Of a DNA stretch of 64,000 bases, positions 12,282 to 25,273 are shown one piece after another. A program made the position numbers and the translations under genes. How positions within the stretch are numbered: position 1 is the first letter of the stretch; each line of letters starts with the position of its first letter. The notes beneath the pieces were generated by a model. The model saw nothing but the letters and a program-made list of their open reading frames with translations. It searched no databases and had not been told where the DNA came from. The stretch is taken from positions 62,001 through 126,000 of the forward strand of contig NMRA01000174.1 of the NCBI GenBank assembly GCA_002633005.1, in the 5' to 3' direction. The stretch is from Phoronis australis (lineage: Eukaryota; Animalia; Phoronida).

Positions 12282-12334
12282 GTTAGTTTTCGTTTCACTT
12301 GTTTTTATGAGATTTGTATTGTTGGCATCAGTGG

Positions 12335-12810
12335 CGTTATACTCCCGCAGTGTGGGGTGACTTTACCCGATTTCAATGATTGGGAACTTGGGTTACAGTC
12401 ATGTCATTATCAGTTTGACAGTGATAGCCAGGGGAGAATGTTGGCAAACCAATGTTTTTGTAGTCCAGCTCTCTCATTGTCTACGTTCATCTGATAAGCT
12501 CATGTAATCCAGCAATTATGTTGTAAACGGCACACCTGATGCTAACCGATATTTATAAAATACTGTTTCCAAATGACGTTCAACAAATGTAGTGAAGAAA
12601 ATGTGTTTTGTATGAAATACCATCACCAAAAAACTTTGGAACGGAGAAAAACAGTTAACTTTCAGATAAATTAGACGTAACTTCCACCTGCTGAGTACTT
12701 TGTGTGACTGTAAGGTTCTGACCCACTGACTACCACAGCATTGAGTACCAGTACAATGGGCTTGTTTGTCAAGTTTAATCAAAAGTGATTCTAGATCAGA
12801 TCATGATGTT
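12335..12810 (+). repeat. Dispersed repeat; inverted copy at ~18305-18765
   Basis: Shared blocks such as CCAGCTCTCTCATTGTCT, CTGATAAGCTCA and GCTAACCGATATTTA match the reverse complement of 18305-18765. Confidence 0.8.
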
Positions 12811-13545
12811 GAAAATTGCTTGGTTTTAGCAGTCCAGGGGAATGGTAGGCATTGGTATATTGTGTCATTTTTGTTTGAACTTTATTCTGTCTTTGGATGC
12901 ATTTATTACAATAATTGGTATTTTTCCAATGGAAATGTGGTAGGTTGTGTGACTGATAGTATTTGTTTGTCCATTATTTAACAGTCTCATGGCCACAGCT
13001 TTACATAAGTATACGCCTTATCAGATTTTGATACTTCAATTGTCTGAACACCATCTTGCAGCCTTCACTGTTAAAGTTAAAATTCAATCTTTTGAGTGTG
13101 CTTCGAACACCAAATGATTTCAAACACTGGTACATTTAGATACTGACTGTCACCAAATGATTGTCTTTGGCACAATAAATTACATTGGATATTTTTACTA
13201 AAGCTTGTTGCTCAAATCTAGAGATAATCAAGTGTGAACTTGGTCTAGATACATATTTACGTAAACTACAGTTAGTATACACAATAGAGCTGAAATGACA
13301 TAAATAATTTGGAATTCGATTTCAAGTACAAAGATTAGATGCTGGTTTCAATAATAGCCGTACATGTGTGAAGTATATATACTCCATACAACATACAAAA
13401 TTTCTTTACTGGTGAGAGTTAAATAAAAAGCTTAGTCTTAAACTATTATGGAAACTGAAACCACTGAGTAAAATATATACTTTGCATTTGTGCGGATGGC
13501 CTGTCTGTTTTAATGAATTGCAAATGAACCTTGTTTGTTTTTCAG

Positions 13546-13607
13546 TCGTAACAATGCTTTTGCCATCTCAACTCCTGTTCATGAGCAGTACAAAGGTGAT
13601 GGTGTAG
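13546..13607 (+). CDS. BCKDHA: BCKDHA-like exon 6 (NN end of ThDP motif)
   Basis: tttcag|(C)[20 protein letters not shown]|gtgagt. Confidence 0.95.
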
Positions 13608-14008
13608 GTGAGTTGTAATTTTAAAATCCATTTTGACTAAATTTGTTTTTTTTTTTTTTGAGCAACTGAACAAAATTGTGGTTGCACAGTGCAACTTAAT
13701 GGAATAACTTTCAGAAAATTCAATATGCTTCCTTTGGTTTTCAAAATGGGTGCAAAATGCGCGGCATTAATAGTGGACGTAAGCAAGAAGCGAATGGGAA
13801 CCTGGACATAATGCGAGCGTAGTTTCTTGGCATGCTCCAACATATAGAAATTGAAAACCCATTCTAATTGAGAATAGCATGTATTATACGGATATTTGTT
13901 ATATTTCTATATCTCTGTATTTGTAGCTAGTATTGTATGTTCAGTATACTGTGTTCTATTTTACCATATTTTGAGTGTGTAATAAAGATTTACATCCCTT
14001 CCCTGTAG

Positions 14009-14150
14009 CTTCCCGTGCTGTTGGATATGGCATGCCTGTTATTCGTGTGGATGGAAATGATGTGTTTGCTGTCAACATTGCTACGAAGAAAGCTCGTGAA
14101 ATAGCCGTTACTCAGAGTCGACCAATTATTGTTGAGGCAATGACATACAG
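14009..14150 (+). CDS. BCKDHA: BCKDHA-like exon 7
   Basis: ctgtag|[47 protein letters not shown](R)|gtgggt. Confidence 0.96.
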
Positions 14151-15388
14151 GTGGGTGTGCGCAAGATCTTGTTAAGGTATGATGAAGGAGAATTACCAGT
14201 TTAGGGAAGTTGATGATTCAAACCTAGATATGCAACTCATGGCTTTTAAAAACCTGCCAGTCTGCTGAGCTTAATAGTACACGTATAAGTTGCTGGAACA
14301 TCTTAATTTAAAGCCCAAGTCTCTGTGTAACAATTCTTTAATTCTACGTGGTTGCGCAATTTTTGGAATTTCTATGCCAGATAGACGTCTTACAAAAGCA
14401 CTCCAATCAATAAGTCAAGATACAAGATCTCAGTGGTTTAATTGTGGAACTTTTTCAGAGTGCTATTTGTTCACACCCTATAGTTATCTTTTTTTTGAAA
14501 AGTGAGGATTACGGTTAACGCTTTTCATGATTGCTTATTGCAGAAAGGATACATGCAAACATACTTTAGGGTCTAGTCAATAAACAAGAAAACTCCTCTT
14601 CTTTCAATCTGCATTTTGTGAAAATTATTTATAAAACTTTCCTTATGTCTGAATTAGCGAAAAACAATTAAATCTATTTTGTGGCACATAGGTTAAATTC
14701 TTTTGAAAAAACCTTTTTAGATGACTTCTTAAAAAGCCTACCTCATAAATGCGCTACTGGACTATCTATCAAATCTGATAACTAACAGCAGTCATTCACT
14801 AGAGGACTTGTTGTCTGTTTGCGCATGAAATTTTAATGTAAAAATATTGCAGAGGTTAACAAACAAAGTTCAAATTGGATTGTCAAGAAACTTTAGCATC
14901 GCAGGACTGGAAAATGTGTGACCTTCAAGTGTGATTTTCCAAGACTGACAAAACACATAAATGCAACCAGGAAGAAAAAGGCTAGAGTTAGTGGTGTCTG
15001 GAACACCTTCAACAATTTAGTGCACTCAATGTGCTGTTAAGTTTGTGCCCGCTGCAATATTTTTTCTCATTCAAATTTGAACTGTGGACGAATATGACAT
15101 CTGGGTATGAAGTTGCAACTCACTCACTCTATTGACTCAAATTCCACTTCCTTTGATGGAAGCTGGTAACTTGGCTAGTTTAAAAATGCGATGCAGATAG
15201 TACTATGCGTCAGAGTATAACTACTGGTCTTCGATATAGGAAGTTTAGGGCAACACAGATAAAACTCACTATCTTGGATAACGAGGTGAGGAATTTGGAA
15301 GTAAAGCACAAACCTGAAAGTTAATCTGCTGGAAACTTACTTTACCATCACCTTGCTGCTCATCAATAATTTTCATTATTTTCCACAG

Positions 15389-15560
15389 GATTGGTCATCA
15401 CAGCACATCAGATGACAGCACCGCCTATAGGTCAGCTGATGAAGTATCCTATTGGGTGATGGAGGACCACCCAGTGTTAAGGTTACAGCGCCACATTGTA
15501 AGTCGTGGTTGGTGGTCGGATGAGGCTGATGACCAATGGAGGAAGGAGGCACACAAGCAG
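15389..15560 (+). CDS. BCKDHA: BCKDHA-like exon 8 (phosphorylation loop)
   Basis: ccacag|(R)IGHHSTSDDSTAYRSADEVSYWVMEDHPVLRLQRHIVSRGWWSDEADDQWRKEAHKQ|gtcagt. Confidence 0.96.
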
Positions 15561-16079
15561 GTCAGTACGCATTTTAGGAAAATGGACACAACACACGGTA
15601 ATTCTTCACTTATTTAGCACACAGTAAAATACACCCAACAAGGGAAATTCCATTGTCAAATTTCTCCACAAAACAACGAAAAATATATTCTATTACTAGC
15701 ATGATTTGTACTGTGTAGATGTCATAAAACAACAGTTGGTAACTTTTCCATTATTTGTTGCAAGGTAATCGGATTTTGAAAGATGGAGAAATGACAATTT
15801 TGTCAATTATTTTTGTGCGAAATTAAAGGAGCATTACCAATTTGATGCGACACATTTATGCAGTGTTCACCCATCTCTTCCAAATACTACTGTCCTGCGG
15901 ACCCTCCGTCCAAAATTTTGGGCTAAATTTCACATTTTGGGATCTGTGAAAAAATCTAGAAATCATTTCACTAGAAAAGTGGATTTGATTAGTTTTACAT
16001 ATATTATTGGCTTTGATTGTTGATAATTAAACCCGTAGCAATGGCAACATTTCATCAAATATTCCTTCTCATTCTTTAG

Positions 16080-16256
16080 ATTTTGGAAACATTTCAAAAG
16101 GACGAGACTTTGAAGATGCATTGTCTCACTGAAATGCTGACGGAAGTTTACAGCAACATGACGCCCAATTTAAAGAAACAGATGGATTACATGAAAGAGC
16201 ATATGAAGAACTATGGTGAACACTACGATCTGTCTAACTTCAAGAGTCTTGAGTAA
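16080..16256 (+). CDS. BCKDHA: BCKDHA-like exon 9 (stop)
   Basis: ctttag|ILETFQKDETLKMHCLTEMLTEVYSNMTPNLKKQMDYMKEHMKNYGEHYDLSNFKSLE*; the YGEHY terminus is typical. Total CDS 1326 nt, 441 aa. Confidence 0.93.
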   Translation: MLETFQKDETLKMHCLTEMLTEVYSNMTPNLKKQMDYMKEHMKNYGEHYDLSNFKSLE

Positions 16257-18304
16257 TGAAATACTGTATTTCACCGAGTTACAGCTAAGTTTGGTTTAAC
16301 ACTATTTCCCAAGTTTTCCTTATAAAAGCTTATGTTCCTTCTTTGCCCACCTCCAGTTTATGTGGTCAATACTTTCTTCATTTAAAAGTGCTATGTTAAA
16401 ATGTATTACCGGTAACTTAAAATTTCAGCAGTGACTCACAAAGGAGTTCTGCTGATGCATTATTTACACTCTTGCAAATCAAATTAATGTAATGCCTTGT
16501 GCTTTACATTAGTCAAGAACTGTAATTTCAATTTGAATTTCTCAAGTTAGTACAGCCATTTTACATGAAGCATGTTTTTCTGTCTTTTGTTTATCAGTCC
16601 AAAATGAAAACTTTTCTATCAGCGGGAATGGAGATCTCCGTGAGGTTATATTTTACCCCGTGGCCATAGTTACAATTCTTTCTAGGAGTCTTTTTAATAT
16701 AAATTACATTTCTAGAGTTACGTGGTCGTCACTACAATGTTATTTTCCGTGAAAAGTCAGGAATAAACATTTGTTTGGGATTTACATAGTGAAATTAGGA
16801 TTCACTAATATGCAATACTAATATGGTTTTATAACATCCAGTTTTGGTGCCATATCATAGTGAGGCCAGTTGTTGTTTAAACTTTTTCAATTTTCTTTCA
16901 GTAGAAGAATTTGAATATGTATATTAGGTGAAGTCTCATACTAAGTGTTCACTTGTGATAGTAAATCCAGTTCTTTTAACTTTTCTTTCAGTTGAGAAAT
17001 TTGAATATGCTCATAGTTAGATGAAGTCTCAAACTAAGTGCTGACTTTTTTGGTTAGTTATATGTAGCACTATACACAGTACAATTCATGTATGCTTGTT
17101 TTTCACCATTTTGATTGGTTTTAAATTGAAACTAAACAAGATTATACAAGTTTTTAATTTTGTATTTTTCCCACTAACACATTGAGATAATTGATTAAAA
17201 CAATGTTTCAGGTTTTTCTGGGACAACATCTAAATTTTCCCTGATTATTGTTAGAGCATTCAAGGATACGTGTCTGGGGATTTTTATACCCAGGTCATGA
17301 TTCGTTTTGCTCTGTAATGTACAAAAATGGTTTATAATTGTATTTTAACTGTATTATTCAACAAACTTGGGTCCAGTATCTTTTAGGTTGTCACATTGAA
17401 ACAGTGAAAGCTGTAGGAATTAATATGTTGTAAATCAGTTGCCATGAATTTTATCAGTTAAGCCAACTAAAATTATTATACAATGATCTTTTTATTTGCT
17501 AACTTTGCTTCATACTCTTTACACTTGTTGCATAATAATATATAATTGTAAAATCATTTCTAATGCCATACTGTAATACTTTTAGTGCCACATGCCAAGA
17601 AGTTTTGTGTCTCCTCAATGAGATTGTTGTACTATGCAGAGCCGTTCTATTTCGTAATTATCGGAGCATTTTGTTGCATGTCTTAGTTTGTAATATTGTC
17701 AGTGTGTGCATTCAAATGCCTGATAATGACTTTTATTCATTTCAGGGACTTTGTTACATTTTGGAAAAATGGAATTTTTTTGCACAAAAATGTTCTGTCA
17801 AAGCGACCAATTAGTTATCCGCAGCCAGTCACATGGCCTTCAAGTATTTAGGAATAGCACAGATGAAGACCTATATACTCAGCCAGCTGTCCCAAGTGCT
17901 CGTAACCTATGTGGTCAGAAGTATGTGGTTGAGGCAGCAGGATGAGTGCATAGCTCCTATTGTGCCATGCATTCAGTGTGGATGAAGTGTACTCTATGTA
18001 TACATCTTTGTGATCAAGTTGTTTTTACTGCCTTTGCATTACGTTTTGTTGTTACGTTTGGTAATGTGCTCTTATTCATTGAACAAATAAATCTATGCAT
18101 ATTTTTACGTGTAGTCTTGAAGTTTGTGTTTTGTGAACTGGAAATCTTTATTTCCGAGTCTACAAAAAACTGATGTTATTAGTAATTATTCGAGTTGACA
18201 AGAAATATCTTTATACTAAAGATGTGGGTTACACTTTGAATTCATTACAATATATAACGTTATGTACCATTCCCGTGAACTGTTAAAACCAAGAAATTTC
18301 CAGT

Positions 18305-18765
18305 CACAGTCTGATCTAGTATCGCGTTCGATTAAACAAACAAGCCCATTGTGTTGGTACACAATGCTGTGACAGTAAGAGAGTGAGTCAGAACTTACAG
18401 TCCCACAAAGCAGGTGGAAGTTTAGTCTAATTTCTCTGAATGTCAACGGTTCTTCTCCGTTCGAAGTTTTTTAGTGATAGTATTTCATTCAAAACACATC
18501 TTCGTCACGACATTTGTTGAACGTCGTTTGGAAATAGTATTTTTAAATATCGGTTAGCGTCAGGCACCCTGTTTGCAACATAATTGTTGGATTACGTGAG
18601 CTTATCAGAAGAAGGCAGACAATGAGAGAGCTGGACTGTGTAAAAATTGGTTTTCCAATTTTCTCCTCTTGCTCTCCCTGTCAAACTGGATAACAACACG
18701 GCTGTATCCTGACCGACCGATCAGTGAAATCGGTATTCTCATCCCACAGTGCAAGTGTGTAACGA
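18305..18765 (-). repeat. Dispersed repeat; inverted partner of 12335-12810
   Basis: Reverse-complement similarity over ~450 bp. Confidence 0.8.
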
Positions 18766-20005
18766 TATGTAACATGAAATTGTGGCAATGAACTTTATCT
18801 TGACATTAAATACTTTGGAAAAAATAAAAGTTGAGTTGGATATATTAACATTTAAAGCTCCACGTAGTGGCATCTTTAAAAACTATTTTGGCGTGGAAGC
18901 CTTCATACAGATTTTTTAAAAGGGCTGGTTAGACTTACTGGATTTCACTCACTGGTTGCTTTTGTGGCTAACTTATCAACTGCAGTGGATTAGTTCTAAT
19001 TTGGTGAAGACAATTTTGATTTGACCTCATCACTACATGTGACTTTAAAATTAATTACTGTAGATGCCCGTATTATCCGACGAATGACGACCTGTGCCCG
19101 TACGTGAAGTTCATGCACGAAATGCTCAACAAAAATAATTTCTTTGGAAAAATGATATTTCACTCATTAAATATATTTATGTGAGAATATGGACTCGTCC
19201 GTCTTACACCCCCATCTTTCGGAATGGTCCATTAACCCCTTGTGTAGATTCGCATGCGGTCCTCCTGCACTCGAGGCACTAGGACATTCCGTTTCCAGCC
19301 TCACTATTGGTTCGTTTGTGTTACTGCCACGAGTTTGGTCAGCTCCTGGCTCCCTGATGATTGTCACGTGTCATAGGGCTCCTTTGTTCTCAGTAAAGTT
19401 ATATTTCCTGCCATCAGTACTTCGCTTTAACAGCACTTAGGTTCAAGTCTAATCTCTCTTCATTTTTTTTGCGTTGGCGCTTTTTATTGCCCATCTTTCC
19501 AGAGATTATTATTTTATCTTTATGTTATTTATACACTCATATTTCTGTACCTTATCAGTCATAATAATGACCTTATATCGCCTATACACGGTCTCCTTTG
19601 TATCTCTGGAAATGGAGCTTGCGACGCACCCATTATTTTCGGGACATATTCCGAGCATAAACATTATTTCAAATGCAGGCAAATGGACCTAAATATGCTT
19701 TAACAATAGTTATGTAAGTTTAATGCAGGCATCCCCTACAAAAATAAAACAATCGTGTTTTTAATTTGAAAAATAAAGAACCAATAACCTGAAGTTACGA
19801 TTATTTTTACTTTATTAAAAAACAGCACATCTGTAATTCATTAGATAAGCTTCTAGCTTAGTGGTGGAAAATAATGCCCAAAAACCAAGTTGTCAACAAA
19901 TACACCCAGTTTTAACTATCCTGACTGAGGAACAAGACTGTTATGAAATGTTCAGTTATTGAATATGTAGTGTAGTGACTGCCGTATTCTGCGGTATTCT
20001 TCCAG

Positions 20006-20107
20006 TTATCTCCCTGATCCATTTGCGCTGTTTGACAAACTGCTCAAAGGCGAGTCACTGACATTGGCTTCCATGTAATCTTTCATCAGAAGGACAATCT
20101 CATCACT
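20006..20107 (-). CDS. MyTH4-FERM (Myo22-like tail) terminal exon
   Basis: ttacag|SDEIVLLMKDYMEANVSDSPLSSLSNSANGSGR*; FERM F3 C-terminal helix; AATAAA on the - strand at 19811-19816. Confidence 0.85.
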   Translation of the reverse strand, partial: SDEIVLLMKDYMEANVSDSPLSSLSNSANGSGR

Positions 20108-20379
20108 CTGTAAACAAAAAGATTTTTAGTTGGTTCCAATGCATCTTATAACAATTAGATTGAATTCACATGTGACACTGAAGTTGTAATGTCTTATTAT
20201 TTTGGCGAGTATTTCATAATGACTCAACTATTGGCCTGTTCGAAGTGCACCAGTGGTCTCTTTCATTAAGGCTGTATAAACTTAGGACTTTGCATTCATT
20301 AAGTGTCAGTAAACACTGTCATGATAATACTACGAGTGACAAGGCCATATAACAATTTTGTCTCATAATAAATTCAGAC

Positions 20380-20496
20380 CTGGTCAGTTTGAAAGACGAT
20401 GGTTTTCTCCTTCTTTCCTCGTACAGTGATTGTGATGTCGTCAGATGATGCTGTGTAACTAGTGATGCTCTTGTAGTCTATCACACATAAGATCTC
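20380..20496 (-). CDS. MyTH4-FERM exon, FERM2 F3
   Basis: EILCVIDYKSITSYTASSDDITITVRGKKEKTIVFQTDQ, phase 0/0. Confidence 0.85.
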
Positions 20497-21185
20497 CTGG
20501 AAGTGATATAGCCAACGTCAAACGAAGACAATAAAACGTCCTCAACACTTAGAAGTGTCTGGTGAAGTTTAATGGTGCAGAGAAAATGGTGCACGTCAGT
20601 TTTGAAAGCAATAGTAATAGAAATGGTCCAACTGTTAGGGGTCGTACGGTTAAAATGCTACTTCCCACTGTAACATTAAAGCCCTTGGGGGCCTCGACTG
20701 GATTATCGAAACATCATGGCAGGCACAGCAAAGTTGTCAGACTAAGGATATAAGTGAGTCCATTCCTGGGGGGTACACATCCGAGTCATTACAAATATCT
20801 TACACTCAGTTTCAACTCCAGATGAAAGTGGCTTCCAGGATCAGTGTGAAACGTTTTTGCGATCTTTTGTTAGAACTCACAAATCATAAACCAATTATCA
20901 CGTCCCACAATCAACAAATTAGAAACAATGACATCGTTTTTGACTAATTATCACCTTTCTTTGAAAAAAAATTCAGCATAACTTTTGACGGGCAATTCAA
21001 TCTCCGACTTCAAACAGCGATCTATGAACAAATCTATTTACGAAGTACACACAGTCCCAGTGTAAGGGGCTAGTTTCTAATGCATATTAGGCTCCGGTAG
21101 CACTGAGTGTGGCATCAGGATGTTACAAGTATTGCAAGCAACAGATGGCGATCTGTAGGCATAGAATCCATCTTAGGTAACGTAC

Positions 21186-21269
21186 CTGTCCTTTGCACGG
21201 CAACAGTCGCAGACCAGTCTGAAGTACAACCATCCACAGAGTCTCTGGTAGTGACGAAGACTGGGACTG
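21186..21269 (-). CDS. MyTH4-FERM exon, FERM2 F3
   Basis: QSQSSSLPETLWMVVLQTGLRLLPCKGQ, phase 0/0, ttacag/gtacgt. Confidence 0.85.
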
Positions 21270-21659
21270 CTGTAATGGGAATGACTTTCATTGTACTAAG
21301 TGGACCTTTGCAAGGCCATGATACTTTGATTCAACGGGAATGGATAGAACTCACTTATCGTCAGAGATGTAATTAAAAAATTGGTTCCCATAGACATACT
21401 CCTTGTAATAGCCAGTATGCAAGTTGGAAAACTTGCACAAGGTCTTCCATTCCTTGGACAGACTGCCACTGTACAGTAATGGCTCCAATGCATAGAGATG
21501 GCCAGAAAAGCAAGATCACGGAAGACCACACAAAATCACATGAAATGAAGGCGACTGTTTCATGACTATGCATGCATACACTAACAGAGTGGCCGCTAGT
21601 GAGATGATTGGTTGGCATTTTGGGCTTGGAGAGAGTAACTAGTGTCATTCACAAATAAA

Positions 21660-21830
21660 CAGGCCTTTTGGAATCGACATGCAAGGTCAGTGAAAGCAGT
21701 TCTTTGTGAACCCAGCTCTTAGTCATACAACTGTCCCAGTTGGACTGTGTGTCGGCTTAATAAAGGGTATATTGTTATGGCTGAGAACATAATTGTTTCA
21801 CTATGCCTTGTGAATTCTGAATATCCCAGC
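21660..21830 (+). repeat. Dispersed repeat; direct copy at ~26850-27020
   Basis: AGGCCTTTTG...AAGGTCAGTGAAAGCAGTTCTTT...ACTGTCCCAGTTG present in both. Confidence 0.8.
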
Positions 21831-22378
21831 CCGGAATGGAAGATGTGCTGGAATGTTGTTTCATGGGAGTAAGTTGTAAGAAAAAAATGCCATTTCCCTT
21901 CCATAAGCAAATATTGGCACCAGAAGGGTCCCTCGAGTATCTTGCTTTGAAAAATGCACTTCTCAGTAGTTAGTGTCATGCTGTCAACAGAAGAAGGATA
22001 AAACTATACTTCTTTCTCACCTCTCAAATGGTCTAATAAGCATACTCAGTATTGTATTTTGTTTGTTGTTCTGTAGGAATAAACAATGCTAGGATATGCT
22101 GTTCACTAAAAACTGCAGTCTGGTCAAAATTTTCAAAACTGGATTATGTACTCTCGAGTTACGATTCTACCATTGTATTAAAAAATCATAACTACGTAGA
22201 AAGCCAAAGTTAAAGTCCTACGCGTTCAATGTAAAAAGCGAGGTGATTATTTCAGGACACCTGATTATGATACACACTTTTTAATTATTCTTTTTACATG
22301 AATTCTTGTTCATAGCATGGATGCTTTTGCTTCAGCTTCCTTCAAGAAACAATTATGAAATCCACATGAAAACTATAC

Positions 22379-22547
22379 CTTGACAGTAAAGTGGGTGGCA
22401 CCGAAGAGGTGCCATTTTTTGAGTACGTCAATGAACGCCAGGTTGGCCAAGTGACTATCCACTTCTACCAGGTCTTTGTGCAGTTTCTCAATCTCATCTG
22501 TATTAATGTTGTCACGCACATGCAGTGGCAGAATCCTGACCAATGCA
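22379..22547 (-). CDS. MyTH4-FERM exon, FERM2 F2/F3
   Basis: ALVRILPLHVRD...LAFIDVLKKWHLFGATHFTVK; W-x-L-F-G-A-T-x-F FERM motif. Confidence 0.9.
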
Positions 22548-23093
22548 CTGCAATACAAAATGAAAGTCTGAATTCATGAAAGGATAGAGCAAGCACAAAA
22601 TCTGTAAATCATGGGTACGAATGCCCATGAGAGCAAAATCATGTAATCCACCATGGGCAAAAGTTGAATCAGCACTCTCTTTCCGACACGCATGTATTCT
22701 TAGTAGCTACATATGCAACTTGCGAAAGGGGAAAATATACCCATCACTTTTCTAGAATTGACCTATCATAAGTGAATGTCATCAATGTTGTTGAAGATGC
22801 AAAGTTAGAAAAATCAAAGAGCAAAGTTCCTCCATTTGTTTGTTGTCCAAATTTTGCAACTGGGTGCCGTGGTCGAATGATATGTTTATGCACAGGAGTG
22901 ATGCAGTGCAAAATCACAAGAAATAAATCTTGTGTTGTTGGCGTATTCAATAACGAGTTTTGCACAAAACAAAAAACCTTGAAATAACTAGTGGACTTCC
23001 AGTATCGGGTGCTTTTGAGCACTGAATACGTGTTATGTGGAAAAACAGGTAAGCTGCAACGACTCAAATAACTAATCACATTTCATGGATTAC

Positions 23094-23161
23094 CTGTAAT
23101 CCACGGAAGCGTTACCATGGGGACCGTGATCGGCTTGAGCAATAAGAGCACACAACTGAAG
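23094..23161 (-). CDS. MyTH4-FERM exon, FERM2 F2
   Basis: LQLCALIAQADHGPHGNASVDY(S); LxALxxQxxxG motif, phase 0/2. Confidence 0.88.
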
Positions 23162-23577
23162 CTGAAATAGCCAGACATAAAAGACATCTTCATTGGTTCA
23201 AAAATATCAAGAAAAATCATCGCTTGATACTGACCATTTAAATATGTTTCAAAAGAGTTGACAAACTTTTGCAACAGGTAACATTTTTTTTACTTTTGTG
23301 CATGCTTCACACAATGGCGAGTGCCGAGTAATTTGATTTAATTATGTGATCCTCACAAGAATTGAGTTGTGAAATAAGACAAGGCAACACTTCTTGTTTT
23401 TGTGTTATACTGTGGTTGGAATGGAACTCATAGATGATAATTCTTATTTTGTCTTCATTTGAAGTTGGCCATTTTTGACCCGCCACAAAGCTGCACTCAA
23501 GACCAAACCGCTCAACAAGTTATGTAATGTTGACTTAACTTTAAGTAAGTCTCAATAGGGGATCTGTTTTTACTTAC

Positions 23578-23697
23578 TGAATTTTCAATGTCCACAGGTA
23601 TTTTCTGTGCATATATGTCCAGAGTGAGCTGATGTCTCAACACTTCACATTCCACAGGGTCACACGGGTTTAAAAAAGGGAACAGGAATAACCGTTT
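23578..23697 (-). CDS. MyTH4-FERM exon, FERM2 F1/F2
   Basis: KRLFLFPFLNPCDPVECEVLRHQLTLDIYAQKIPVDIENS|gtaagt. Confidence 0.9.
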
Positions 23698-23950
23698 CTG
23701 AAATAAAGAAATACTTAACGTAAAGGTTTGATGCAAAGCAATGCAATGATTACAAAATAAGGCAAGGGAATATTGTTATTATTATTACTTATCTGAACTG
23801 AGAAAATATCAAAATACAATTAATACTTAAGTATGATTGCAACCATTAGGGGTGCTGCATAATTGACTAAGGTATAACCATTGTTCTAATCTGGAAACAC
23901 AGCATCCATTAGCAGACAAGTTTTTGAGCAATCAGTCTATGAAATCTTAC

Positions 23951-24054
23951 TTTGAAGACAAATTTGATCAAATCTGTGTTCAAGACATCATGGCCAAGAT
24001 TTTCCCACTTGTACAGAGAATCTGCCAGCCTCTCATCGTGGATCAAAGACACCT
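23951..24054 (-). CDS. MyTH4-FERM exon, FERM2 F1
   Basis: (E)VSLIHDERLADSLYKWENLGHDVLNTDLIKFVFK|gtaaga, phase 1/0. Confidence 0.9.
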
Positions 24055-25191
24055 CTGGAAAAGCGATAAAGGTTATGTAGGAGGACCATGGACAAATGTT
24101 CAATTTTGGCCAACTTTCTAATATCATATCTCAGAAGTGGCCAATTGAATTCACATGAAATGTTTAGATATCATGGTTTATGCACTTTTCTCCAAATGAT
24201 TATAAAACAATTCACTTTGCATGAGAGATTGTCAAAAAATAGGACTTACGTGATTTTTGTGAAAAAAATTAAAATTGCATATAACGAAACGATAATTAGG
24301 ACAAATATAACAGTGTTTTTGCGATTTTGTCTTGAATGTTCCTATGGTACGAAATTTGGTCATGTAATTGGCTGTCAATTTGCTGTGAAATGTACCTTTT
24401 ATTTTTGCTAATTTTTACTAAAAAACAAGATCACGTGAGCTTATAAAATCAATAGACAAATTCTATAGAATTTCTGCTTTCAGAAAATATACACTTTCGC
24501 CGAGTTGAATTCTGTAGTTCTGTAGATATTTGGCTAAATGTACAAACTTGCCAATAAATGTGTAAAGTTACTGAGAATTCATTATTTAGTAAAAGTCTAA
24601 ATTTAAATTTTATCATACAGAACATACACCTGTTTAAGAGCATTTGACAAAAGAGTTTTGGGCTCAGTATGCAACAGTACTTGTATGGTTTCTTCCCCAA
24701 AAACCATTACCATCCATAGCCAAGTTTTCTCCTGAGACCAAAAGAGCTGCTTTGAGTTATGCAATTGCGATGTCAAGTGTTTCCCCAAAGCAGTTTACTA
24801 ACAGAATGCACTGTGTTAATTCAGTGACTATCACTCTTCAAATTAATGTAATTTACTCCTCTCATAGTTCGACATTTTTTTTCATTCAAAGTTGTCGCAT
24901 CTGTGAAAGCGCTAATTTAAAATGTAACAGTGGACAGCCACAACCAAATTAGACACCTGAGACGCATATTTACTGTCTTCTGCTGAGCAATTGGACTCAA
25001 AATCCGAAGTGTTGACAACAACCAAAACTCACTCTTCTTGACAGCAGTGATCAAAACTCAGATCACTGTCTCACTCAGGAGAAAACTTGGAACTGAGCAT
25101 CATCGACACTTTTTAAGTGGGATGAATTTGTGAATAAAAGCATTTCTCACCTATAAGTTGGCAAAGTGGCACTATCTTAAATTAAAAATAC

Positions 25192-25273
25192 CTTCCAAAC
25201 CAAACACTTCCACAATGTGAAAACCACTGGCGTCGGACTTCATTCCAATTTTTGCCTTCACAACAGAACAAAT
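25192..25273 (-). CDS. MyTH4-FERM exon, FERM2 F1
   Basis: ICSVVKAKIGMKSDASGFHIVEVFGLE, phase 0/1. Confidence 0.88.

Noticed and set aside
6754-16256. Reading the divergent BCKDHA as a pseudogene or as PDH E1-alpha
   Set aside because: All nine exons are in phase with canonical splice sites and no stops; [16 protein letters not shown] and YGEHY are BCKDH-type motifs, not PDHA-type.
16890-17050. ~90-bp degenerate tandem duplication downstream of the BCKDHA-like stop
   Set aside because: Ordinary local duplication with no structure or coding signal.
21373-21648. Candidate FERM F3 exon in this minus-strand ORF
   Set aside because: The exon at 21186-21269 fits the family motif and phases; nothing here is needed.
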